Source of the DNA: Obrimoposthia wandeli
Lineage: Eukaryota
Direction of reading: 5' to 3'
Length of the DNA stretch: 64,000 nt
Assembly (NCBI GenBank): GCA_977020255.1
Contig: CDROCS010000004.1
Location: 558,001-622,000, forward strand
Shown: piece by piece, positions 37,579 through 49,113 of the stretch
How the letters are laid out: every line of letters begins with the position of its first letter
Numbering within the stretch: position 1 is the first letter of the stretch
Notes under the pieces: generated by a model
Told to the model about the DNA's origin: nothing
Databases searched by the model: none
The model's input: the letters and a program-made list of their open reading frames with translations, nothing else
Translations under genes and position numbers: made by a program

Positions 37579-38862
37579 TTTGTGATTTATTTTCTTCCAT
37601 GTAAAATTTGGATTATTTTAAAATATCTGTAAAATAGAAAAGGTAATGATATAACTTTTAACAATTACTTAACATTTCAAATTTAAAAACGGAAATTACA
37701 TGATTTCAAGTATTTCCATAGCCTTAATTTGGAATGACAAAAATTCACTCATGATCATAGGGCAATTTGAGATTAACTAATATTGTCTTAAATCCTTGTC
37801 AATATAAACACTAATAATAACCATTATTCAAAAAATGGTGATTTGATTAAATATATCATTTACAAAATAATTTATTTTTCAGGAGCTTTGTAGGGTAAAT
37901 TTAGGTTATGATTACTATTGATTTTGCGGCTTCTTCGACATATTAAACAAAAATTTCTCAAATTTTGTATTGAACTAAAATCACAATAACACTTTTCAAA
38001 ACATCCAGCATCTCTCCGTTTTTTATATACGAGAGAGGCTCCAAAACTTTGGCCAATGCAAATGACAACAGGCTGCTGCCAGTCCAAAATATTCATTTAA
38101 AATGGATTATTTTATGCTTAATTCTTATAGCCGCAAACTAGTACATTCACGTTTCTCCAATTTTCTTTTTAGAATCGGATTAATTAACTAAATTAGTTTT
38201 ATTTATTTGGACAATTAGTAAATAATTTAAAATAGAATTGCATGTTTAATCTTAAAATAAAAAAATTCCACCAGCACATTTCGATTTGACCTTGATATCA
38301 CTGATAGTATAATTCACCAAAGGTCCGACAGTGCTACATTTTCAATGTCAAATAAACAACTTTCTTCAACTAAAATTTCAGAAAATAGCCAGATACTAAC
38401 CGCGAGTGTTGGGAAACCCAGATTCCAACAAAAAATTAATACATAATTTATATGATAATAATCGTATGTCATATATATCAAATTACTATATGCAGCGACA
38501 TTGCTCAGCATATTTCTTATACAATTTTAAGTTAAACTCACAAATTCGAGTTTTATCGGTTTATTCTATAATTGTAATTTTAAATAAATTTATAAAGTTT
38601 AATTAAAGTAAAGGAATGTGACAATAAATTTTTTTTACGAATAAATTATAATTAAAGCTTATTGGAATTCTAATATATATATATATGTAAATTTACTTTG
38701 ATTTGAAATTCAGATAACATATAAAAAAGGAATGAGTTAAATATATAAAACTTGAAACATAGATAAAAAATTGCAATTAATAAATAAGGAAAGATAATGA
38801 TTTAATACTTACTATATATTTAAAACTGAACTCCCTCATTTCATTACACTTTATAGTAGAGG

Positions 38863-40903
38863 ATGGATGAAGAAGTAAAGTGCTACGAGTTAAAACATTC
38901 GGAAGAAGACAATTCTCAAGTGGAGAAAGCGAAAAATCCGCAATCTGTAAAAGAAGAGTCTCCCGAGTCGAAAGACTATATCATAGTTGTGAGTCTCAAT
39001 AATGAAGGAAAATTTGTAGTGTCTAAATTAAACCAAGACGAAAGCGATGAAAATGAAAAAGTGCATGATAATGAGTCAAAAGAAGAACAAATCAAAGTTG
39101 ATAAATTAGAAAAGATAGCCTTCAAGTGCGAAGATCAGAAAGTAAGAAAGCAAAAAGCAGAGGTAGTCAAAGTTGATAATCTAAAAAAGACTGAATCAAG
39201 TTGTGAAGGTCAGAAAGATAAGGAACATAAAACAGAAGTCAAAGTTGATGATCTCAAAAAGACTGAATCAAGTTGTGAAGATCAGAAAGATAAAGAACAT
39301 AAAACAGAAGTCAAAGTTGATGATCTCAAAAAGACTGAATCAAGTTGTGAAGATCAGAAAGATAAAGAACATAAAACAGAAGTCAAAGTTGATGATCTCA
39401 AAAAGACTGAATCAAGTTGTGAAGATCAGAAAGATAAAGAACATAAAACAGAAGTCAAAGTTGATGATCTCAAAAAGACTGAATCAAGTGGTGAAACGAA
39501 ATGCCAACATGTTCCAGAAGTTGAAAAGAAAAAGGCATCTTTAACTGAGCCCACGGCTCAAGTTCCAAGAGATCCAGTGTTGACAGGAACAGTGACAGCA
39601 GAACAGTTGGATATGGGTGTGTTTGTTCCTCTGGTAGCAGTGACTAAACAAGCCATATTTTTCTCGCTACATCCATTCATGACAGTGAGCACTCGCAATA
39701 CTGTGGGTGGCAGCAGCAATATCTCCAACAGCATTTGGGTGTCTATGCGAGATATCATAAAGCGCGAAGGAGTTAAAGGCCTCTACCAGGGATCCGGGGC
39801 TCGAACTGCCTTCATTTTCGGAGGTGAGCATTTGTTTTTCACTGATATTTGAAGAGTTTTTTCTTATGACTTATATATTTTGATGAATATCAGATTACCG
39901 TACTGCTTCTTCCTATCGCAGAAATGGCACAGGTGGGTTGTTATGAGTTACTGAAGAACGCACTCCAACAGAACAACTGTATGGGGTCCTCTGGTGCATC
40001 TACAGTTGCGGGTGGAGTGGCTGCCGCAGTCAGCAAGCTTCTGTCAATTCCAGTGGAGGTGGTCAGCCAAAATTTGATGATCATTGACAAGACCGCCAAT
40101 CAACAGAAACTAACCTCATTCCGGTTCACACAGAGCCAATTGCGCACGCCCTGGATACGATTCAATAGCGTGTGTGATGCCATCTACAAGAGAAACGGCC
40201 TTAAAGGCTTCTTTACTGGCTATGGACTACGAATGTTATCAACTGTGCCCAGCAATGCCATTTGGTGGGGAGCCTACGACAAAGTTACCAGTAAGTTTGC
40301 TTTTCATTGAAATGACAAATATTTATGATGTAATTGCAATTCATATTGGAAATACTAATTCTGTCTTTTCATCGCTCAGATCATTTGTACGGGCTATTTG
40401 AGCAGCCGAACAATGAAGATGTTGAGGAAAACACATTGAACAGAAAAGCCCGGCGAGTTGCAGTGCAGAGCGTAGGGGCAGTGGGAGCCAGTGTGCTAGC
40501 TAATATGTTGATGAGCCCAATCGATGTAGTGAGAACGCATCAGCAGGTACATGGATCCCAGTTCCGTGACACGGTAAAGAAGCTGATCGACGAGCAAGGA
40601 GTTTGGCGATGGATGAGTCGAGGGTTGCGGGGTCGAATGGTGTTCGGTATTACAGGGGGTTTGGCCACCCAATTCATATACGAGCGAATGAAGGAGTACT
40701 GTGCTAACAATACTGAGGCGAATATCAGCACTGCTAGACTGAGCCTTGACCAAGCCGAAAAGATTAGCTCCGATATACAACAAGATGCAGCAAGCCATGC
40801 ATTGTCTACTGTTCCCAACATCGTCCAGTTAGACATCACCGAACAAATTCCCAGTGATATCTTCATTTCTCGCTTTAGCAAAGAATCAGATGCATTTTCC
40901 TAA
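38863..40903 (+). CDS. Mitochondrial carrier (SLC25 family, SLC25A44-like) with long N-terminal repeat extension
   Basis: Exons 38863-39823, 39922-40290 and 40380-40903 (GT-AG, phase-consistent, 617 aa). Carrier repeats HPFMTVSTR, IPVEVVSQN and SPIDVVRTH, plus GLYQG...CYE, GFFTGY...WWGAYD and GLRGRM. EQLDM.VF and WWG.Y patterns fit SLC25A44. Confidence 0.85.
39094..39489 (+). repeat. Coding tandem repeat, 72-bp unit (KVDDLKKTESSCEDQKDKEHKTEV)
   Basis: Units start at 39094 (diverged, 75 bp), 39169, 39241, 39313, 39385 and 39457 (partial). The units at 39241, 39313 and 39385 are identical. Confidence 0.95.
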
Positions 40904-41044
40904 TAATGGTCACATTTAGATGGCATAGCTTTGTCAATAAATATAAATTATTTTATAAATTAATTAACATCCACTGTTAAATAACTGTTGCAGTTGTTAC
41001 TCCAATGAACTTCTAGAAAGGTCTATAAAAATAATACAGTTTTA

Positions 41045-41616
41045 AACTGTATCGACATAGACTCGTTTTATATTGCTCTTTACTGTAAACGTTATTTTAC
41101 CCATTTTTAATGTTACACATTTATCGAAATATTCAGTACATTCCTTTTGTATTAATTTACAGAAATTCACTTCATTATCTAATTTATAATCTTTTGAAAA
41201 CATTTTCAGTTCCACTACATACTTTGGTCTCGTTTCAACTAAAAACACTCTTGCTACTCTAGGAACATTTTAAAACGATTTAGATGAGGCTATATCAGAT
41301 CTCTTCATACCTACTACATGTCCACTATCAAAACCGAATTGAAGAGCTTCTTTTTCAGATGAAAATATAATTTGAATAACTTGAATAAATTTTAATCGAT
41401 TTTTAAATCTGTCTTTGTTATTTTCAATTCTAATTTTATCTATCACTGGGTGGTGTGGGTGGTGTGGGCGGTGGGCGGTGGGCGGTAGGCGGTGGGTGTT
41501 GGGCGGTGAGTGTTGGGCGGTGGGTGTTGGAGTGAAATTTCACTCCACACACATGCATGGTTTTAAAGGACAGTGGGAGGAAGGGGTGTGGATTAGACCG
41601 GACACATATACCTACT
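41045..41616 (-). mobile_element. Second, internally deleted Polinton copy (penton fragment + G-rich repeat + right TIR)
   Basis: 41065-41430 aligns closely with penton 32057-32390. TIR at 41534-41616 ends CCTACT. No left end found. Confidence 0.85.
41447..41530 (+). repeat. G-rich GGGCGGT/GGGTGTT repeat with G-quadruplex potential
   Basis: Nine GGG tracts with short loops directly inside the TIR. Confidence 0.8.
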
Positions 41617-42667
41617 CATGTTTTTCCTCTGAGTGATCGATAAAATTAGAAGTTCCTCTTCTTCACATAAAATTGGGGAAAATGAAAAAGTTTTCGTTAA
41701 ATCTTTTATCATATAAGGAATTAGTTTTAGTACATGTGCACCACGTTTAGCAAACAATTTTAAAACATAGTAAATTATTTTTAAATTATGCAGAAAGTTA
41801 GCACAAAAAAGTTTGTAAATTTAATATTTTATGAAATGGATTTTTTTTGGATAATTTTTAAATCAAAAAAATCTAAAAATCTAAATTTTTATATATGTAT
41901 CATATATAATTTAATATAAAAAGATTAGATTTTATATGGTCTCATAAGTTCCCATGTAATACTAACCTAAATTAACTAATTATACAAAATTAAAATAAAA
42001 CATAACTTACTAAATACACAATAAAATAACTATATAAAAATAACTTACCTGCATAAAATATTGTATGTTACGTGTATGTTTGAATTTTTCAAGTGTTGGG
42101 CGGTGGGTGTTGGAGTGAAATTTCACTCCACACACATGCATGGTTTTAAAGGACAGTGGGAGGAAGGGGTGTGGATTAGACCGAACACATATACCTACTC
42201 ATGTTTTTCCTCTGAGTGATCGATAAAATTAGAAGTTCCTCTTCTTCACATAAAATTGGGCAAAATGAAAAAGTTTTCGTTAAATCTTTTATCATATAAG
42301 GAATTAGTATTAGTACATGTGCACCACGTTTAGCAAACAATTTTAAAACATAGTAAATTATTTTTAAATTATGCAGAAAGTTAGCACAAAAAAGTTTGTA
42401 AATTTAATATTTTATAAAATAAATTTTTTTTTGGATAATTTTTAAATCAAAAAAATCTAAATTTTTATATATGTATCATATATAATTTAATATAAAAAGA
42501 TTAGATTTTATATGGTCTCATAAGTTCCCATGTAATACTAACCTAAATTAACTAATTATACAAAATTAAAATAAAACATAACTTACTAAATACACAATAA
42601 AATAACTATATAAAAATAACTTACCTGCATAAAATATTGTATGTTACGTGTATGTTTGAATTTTTCA
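41509..42667. repeat. Tandem duplication (~580 bp x2) of a Polinton end plus flanking DNA
   Basis: 41509-42091 and 42092-42667 are near-identical. Both contain the TIR (ending 41616 and 42199), followed by CATGTTTTTCCTCTGAG. Confidence 0.92.
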
Positions 42668-42795
42668 CCATCTATGTAATTGGTACAAACTGTGTCCCCC
42701 CCCCAATATAAACGATCAGTGTCTTAAATCAATTCATTTTGTATTTAAGTATTCTTAACATTATTTTTTATTCTTAAGTAATACATTTATGTATA

Positions 42796-44242
42796 TGTTG
42801 GGGTTTCTATTTGAAAATAGATCCTCGTATGGAGGCCCCTAAAGTGAGTTCTGTAGAAATAGAGCTTACAGATGGATGTGGCCTATTTGTTGTTTGTCTT
42901 ACTTACTTAGTCTCAAGTTTGAAGGTTTTGTGCTAATTTTTTGCGAGGTGTGTAAAGAGTTGTGTTCACAGATGTAACTAGAAGGGTTCTCGTAGTATAT
43001 GGTGTATATGTGTATATGGTGGATACCCGAAAGTAACTCTAGCCGAATTGTACGAAACACTATATTACTATACTGACTAAAAAGGTTTTTCTAACAGGTT
43101 TACAAGTAGGTTGTCGTACAGCACTTAGTTCGGACACACTCATTAAACAACGATAACCTTAGGTTAGCGTATGGTTTTATGCTCTCCCTAATAAATTGAG
43201 GATTCGGTTTTACGTTTCTTAATTAAAAGTTTCACTAATAACTTTAATTATCTAGACAACATTTTCGATCTTATCGAGATACCAAAATCGTTTACTAAAT
43301 TCTTTAGACACAAATACCAAAATCGTTTACTAATCTCTTTAGACACAAATATCAAAATCGTTTACTGATTCTTTAGACACAGAAACCAAAATCATTTACT
43401 AATTTCTCTAGACACAAATATCAAAATTATTTACTGATTCTTAGAAACAAATATCAAATTTTTTTACTAATTCTTTAAACACAATATCAAAATTGTTTTA
43501 ATAATTCTTTAGATACAATATCAAAATTGTTTACTAATATCTTACCAAGATCTCTTTTCTTTTCGATTGTTCCAAATTCAAATGATTTCACTTCCGTCCG
43601 GCTGCTTTCTGCTTCTGTCTAAATTACTCCTGTTATCCCCGATTGGCTCCGTTTCTATATTTTATAGTGTATTTTATTTTTATGGTCGAAATTACCTTTT
43701 GGTCAAGTCAGCTAATTCAACTCTATCTCTTTTGTTTATTCACTGTTAATTTAAGCTCGTTCCACTGATTTTTTTTCTCCCGGAATTCTGTTTTTTATAA
43801 TTTCTCTACAATGAAGACAATTATTACAATACCACTTAGGCTAAGTGATACTCACCTTCAGCTGGTCTGATCCCACGCTCTAAGGGGCTCTAAATCTGGA
43901 AGTGGTGCAGGCTGAATTTTCCTGCGCGTCGATTTATTCCGCGTACTTAATTTCAGCTGGAATTTCACACGAGACTTTTCTTCGTATTTTACAAATCTAC
44001 TTTATTTCTTCGAATTTGTTGTAATTATTTTTATTTGCCCTTCTGTTTAAAATTGCTTTTACATATACTGCAACACAAACGACCTCTTCAAGGTCCTAAA
44101 TTATTTTGATTTTTACTATTTTTAAATTATTTTTTGGTTTTTTAAATTATTTTCAATTCTATTTAACTTTCAATTCAAGGCTTACTTTCTCTATAAATAG
44201 TTTTTTTTTAAATTATTTTTTACAAATTTCATAATCTTAACA
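42796..44242 (-). mobile_element. Solo-LTR-like element copy 1 (1447 bp)
   Basis: TGTTGGGG...AATCTTAACA termini, TATA 4-bp TSD; ends are homologous to copies 2 and 3. Internal ~35-bp tandem array at 43281-43545. Confidence 0.7.
43281..43545. repeat. ~35-bp minisatellite, ~8 copies
   Basis: ACCAAAATCGTTTACTAAATTCTTTAGACACAAAT, progressively diverging along the array. Confidence 0.9.
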
Positions 44243-44949
44243 TATAAATAAATTTGAAATTTTCAATATTTTGCATAAATTACAAAATCTGTTACACAAA
44301 AAGAAATAAAAAGTTCATCGAATAATTACTATTTATTGACATCAAAGTTTATTGACAAATGCTTCTCAAAAAATAACATTTTGGAATATTTATTTAATTT
44401 TTTAGATTTTTCTAAAATTTATACTTTAGTAATGACAACTTCAAAGTAGAAGAGTAAATAATATAATTGGAAAACTATATAATTTTTAAAAAAATTGATA
44501 GATACTCCTAAAAAACATAGGTTTGAAGTATTGTTCGAAAAATTTTGATTACCATGATTTTGGTTGATTACAAAAGTCTAACATAATAAAACTATAAAAA
44601 AAGAAAATATATATTATAAAGAAAAAACTTAGAACAATAAAGATTATATTTCGGTTAAAAGTAAAAAATAAAATATCAAAAATTAATAAAACTTATTTTG
44701 CTTTTCTAAATCTCTTTCAATTTAGCAGAAACAAAAACATTTTAAATATTTTTCTTTAGTTTTAAATAATAAAAACTTTCAAGTAAGTCAGTTCAGAAAG
44801 TTGTTTTCTTCGTTCACATTTAATAATTTTTTGTCTGAAGGAAGCATGGAATTTAAAAAGGAAATTTATAAATATTTTATTTATACTTTAAAGGATAATA
44901 AATTTTTACCTAAATATTTTCATGATTTCCCACAAAGTAGATGGTGTGA

Positions 44950-45330
44950 TACGCACCATTACTAGAAACGGTTTATCAATATTTTAGCAGCCAAGATACC
45001 AGTTTCAAACATGTAGAAAGAGTAGGTCAACATCGAACATGTTTGACAGACGAAAATGTACCGTCAAATAAAAATTTAGTAACTGAAAATCCTCAAATAA
45101 CATGTAATAAAATCGTTGTAGAAACAAATATTAGTCATGGCTCTCTCGATTGGTCAACAATGTCTATATAAACTAATATTTTTGCAATGTAAGGGTGTAA
45201 TTGTTTGGAACCAGTCCCCATATAGTCCAGCTTTTATTTCCCATGATTGTTAGCTATTTACTTTCTTAGAATCTAAGCGCCGTCACAGAAATTTCCATAG
45301 CCATTACGACATAAAAGACTTTCTCCAAGA
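44950..45330 (+). mobile_element. mariner transposase remnant
   Basis: ETVYQYF..QDTSFKHVERVGQHRTCLTDENV...LVTENPQIT...ETNISHGS (HTH region) and QSPYSPA...DC*LF (PYSPDL motif). Confidence 0.6.
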
Positions 45331-47646
45331 CACCTGTAAAGCAATAGGATGGAAGTGAACGAACATTTGGAGGATTTAAAAACATAAAAAATGCATCAAG
45401 TAATTAACTGTCGTAGCTGGAAGTTTTCTAAAATTCAAATAGATATTCGTTGTTTTATGATATTTTAGCCCAACATTTTGTCAGACCCAATTACACGAAA
45501 TTTCACTATCCAATTCAGAATTCCATTGCGTGATTTTGCAAGCAGAATCTTGGGTCATTCTCGAATATTAATTGATTGAAAAATAATCATAAAATGTTAA
45601 CTGCTTCGTTCTAATTGATATTTCGTTATCAGTATGTTTAGAAATAAAAATCAGCATGGATTGCGACTGACATATGGAAAATGTACACGAAAAATGTAAT
45701 AATATATAATTTTTTTTTGACTCCAAGTGCAATATTCCATCTACGTAAAATGTCAAAAATATCGAAATAAAACCCATTCTTGATAAATGGTATTTGACTT
45801 TATTATGAATGTATTAAAGAACATCAACTATATATCCATATAACGTCGTGTGATAATTTTCAAGCCTTGGAAACAATTGAGTAGAATTAAATTTATAAAT
45901 TGAAATTAGTCATCATTTTATTTTGAACAGTGAATTACGAATGGCGTGCTAATAAACTCAACATATGTTGTATTTCTGTACATGTTATCTTTCCTCGAGT
46001 TTGTTTTCTTGTTCAGTAAAAAGTATGTATGTAATCATTCATAGGATTCTCTTTACTGCTCGTCTGCTCTGATTTTACTCCATAAATGAAAATTTGGCAA
46101 TTTAAATATTCTATCGCACAGGAAATTTTCTAAATATAATAATCGATTTAGTGCAATTTTTCCAAATTGGAATTTCAATATTTTATAGATTTTAATACAT
46201 TTTCAATTATTTTTAGTTTGGTACAGACTAAATTTCTTACATTTATCATTTACGATCGATTAAAATAAAAGACCCTTCTAGTATTTAAATTTTATATGAG
46301 ATGTAACCTGATTTTTGCTAAATTAGCTATTTTGAGAGGATGCTTTACCCGTACTTCTAATAAAATTTGAAATTAAGTGCACATCAACTGTACATAAACA
46401 CAATTATGTTAGCTTAATGTTTAGTATACTGTTTTATAGTTTTAAAAGTCAACAAAAAATATGATGAAAATCTAAAGAAATATTCATTTCGCAAGAAATT
46501 ATCGAAGTTGGAAATTATAGATTTAAATGATCTTATAAAATTACCTTTTTTATCTTAAAAGCTGGATTAGCAAAATTATTGTTCCCATATTCATTATTTA
46601 GAAAGACTATAAGTATCAATTATAACCTAGTTTTTAACCCTCAAATGACTACGTATAAATTTTAAATTTCATAACATTTAACAAGGCAAGAATCCGATTT
46701 GGTCCACCTCTGAATATCAAAATGAAACAATTTTAAGTAGAGGCAAGATTTATCAGATTTCATTTTGACTATGAATTATTACTAGATATCTGTAAAATAC
46801 AGAAATTTTGAACAAAACAATCAAATTGAGTTTAATAATTCTTAAATATACAAAAAAATTCCAATGAAAATGATTTAAATAATTATTTTTTATAATTATG
46901 TATTTACATATACTAATTTTTTTAGATACACTTTTACAACATTTTAAAACCACTTAAAATATTATTTTATCTCAGTGTTAGGATTAGGATTTGATAAATA
47001 TTAAATAATTGCTCTAATTTATATCAAAATAAAAGCCTTGAAAGCAAGGTTATAAATTAAATAAAATTTGTATTATTAAATTATTAAATTAAATTAATAA
47101 AATTAAGACGGGAATTAAAAATTAGGACCACGAAGGTCATGTGTAAGCGTGTGTTGTATTTAAGGGATTTTAAACTTAACCAAAGGGCCCCAAAAAATAC
47201 AGAGAAACTAAAATCAAGAAATTAGGAAATTTACAGAAGGCAAGAAGAAAGAAACGAAGCAATTAATAATCGACGAAGAAGAAATCTTAAAATTATTATC
47301 GTGGGAGCCAGAACTGCTGCAGCGAAGTAATCAAGCAGCATCAAAGTAAGTACGCTATTAATTTGGGCGAATTGACAGAAAACTGATTAGTTCCCACATA
47401 ACAGTCATCGCCATCGAGAAATCAGGATCGGGCCAGCGAGAGACACAAATCTCCGCAAATCAATCAACTCGCGCCGCTAGTCGAGTGAATCATCGTCGCG
47501 CCAGCAGAACCGGATCAGGAACAACTGAGGTAAATCTATATAAGGAAACAACACAATTACCATTCTTGCAGTCGCCAATTCAGAAAAACAGTAATTCAGA
47601 GATTGCCGTCTAAACCGACACAAATCAGGAATAATTGCCAGAGGTT

Positions 47647-47830
47647 AAATCAGGAAAGAGGAAAAATATTGTTCGTAAATCAGGAAATCAGAAATTGAAT
47701 CAGAGGAAAAATATTGTTCGTAAATCAGGAAATCAGAAGTTGAATCAGAGGAAAAATATTGTTCGTAAATCAGGAAATCAGAAGTTGAATCAGAGGAAAA
47801 ATATTGTTCGCGAATCAGTAAATCAGAGAT
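47647..47830. repeat. 45-bp tandem repeat, ~3.5 copies
   Basis: AAATCAGGAAATCAGAAGTTGAATCAGAGGAAAAATATTGTTCGT. Confidence 0.9.
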
Positions 47831-48083
47831 TGAGCGCCGTCTAAACCGACCAGAGAACATTCAAGGTAAGTCACGAAACTGATTTAGAGGAGAAGCGAAT
47901 TAAATTATTGTTTGTTCAGGAAGACTAAACAAGTGGGACCAATTAACATTGGAGAACTCGCTGGACGGAAGTATATCCAGCTAAGCGGGATCTGTGAGGA
48001 CAACTGAATCTAGGCGATCGAAGAGGAATTCCTTTAGCCAGCCACTGTTAACTGAGGTAAGCCAAGCCGAACTATCAATCGGT

Positions 48084-48530
48084 AAAGCTGAATTAGTAAA
48101 GTAATTGCCGTGAATTTTGAAGTAATTTCTGTGAATTTTAAAGCTGAATTAGTAAAGTAATTGCCGTGAATTTTGAAGTAATTTCTGTGAATTTTAAAGC
48201 TGAATTAGTAAAGTAATTGCCGTGAAATTTGAAGTAATTTCTGTGAATTTTAAAGCTGAATTAGTAAAGTAATTGCCGTGAATTTTGAAGTAATTTCTGT
48301 GAATTTTAAAGCTGAACTAGTGAAGTAATTGCCGTGAATTTTGGAGTAATTTCTGTGAATTTTAAAGTAAAGAAGTAAAGTAATTGCCGTGAATTTTGAA
48401 GTAATTTCTGTCAATTTTAAAGTAAAGAAGTAAAGTAATTGCCGTGAATTTTGAAGTGATTTCTGTGAAATTTAAAGTAAAGAAGTAAAGTAATTTCCGT
48501 AAATTTGAAGTGATTTCTGTGAATTTTAAA
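48084..48530. repeat. 56-bp tandem repeat, ~8 copies, two subtypes
   Basis: AAAGCTGAATTAGTAAAGTAATTGCCGTGAATTTTGAAGTAATTTCTGTGAATTTT starts at 48084, 48140, 48196, 48252 and 48308; an AAAGTAAAGAAG variant follows. Confidence 0.92.
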
Positions 48531-49113
48531 GTTCGCAATTGAAATTGGATTGTTCTGCATTTTACCTAAATTAGAGCAACAACTCTACTGAACTTTATCC
48601 CATGTTAGAGCAACAGCTCGGTAAACTACTCGTACTTTAGAGCAACGCTCTGCGAACTTGCCGCAATTTTAGAGTAAAGACTCTAGCGCCAACCAACCCT
48701 AAAACCTAAAATCGATACGTGGTTCATCCCCACTTGTGTAGAGACCTACGGAAGTATTATGAATTTTACTGTAACTTTTTAGAGATACGTACTTAAACGT
48801 ATTGATTCGTGTTAGTCTAGTGTGTTAATAAATAAACGATTTCCTACAACTAGAAAGCATTGTTCTAAACCCTTCAGATTAAGACACAACAAAAACCTTC
48901 AGATAAGAATTGAGACAGGCAAGCATAACATTAAGTAGGCCACAACCATCCTTAAGTCCTGCTTCTATAGAACTCACGTTGGGGCCCTCAACTAAAGAGG
49001 ATCTATATTAGAACATAGAGTTTCATATAGAAAGCCCAACATCAGCAACAATTTCTTTTTCTAAAATGAATTTATCAATAAATTTATCTGCAATAAAATG
49101 TCTCTAAATATAT

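Larger units (their letters stand above)
46976..49041 (+). mobile_element. Solo-LTR-like element copy 2 (2066 bp)
   Basis: TGTTAGG...CCCAACA termini, TCAG TSD (46972-46975, 49042-49045), TATTTAA at 47157, AATAAA at 48827/48831. Confidence 0.85.

Noticed and set aside
39203-40881. Alternative-frame and antisense ORFs (39203-39544, 39558-39758, 40174-40401, 40496-40798, 40540-40881)
   Set aside because: Shadows of the SLC25 coding sequence and its repeat.
47635-47860. ORFs 47635-47844 (+) and 47645-47860 (-) with repeated peptides
   Set aside because: Artefacts of a 45-bp (3n) tandem repeat that is open on both strands.
43281-48530. Regular 35-, 45- and 56-bp arrays as possible CRISPR-like repeats
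   Set aside because: Head-to-tail units without unique spacers, eukaryotic context and no cas genes; these are minisatellites inside LTR-like elements.
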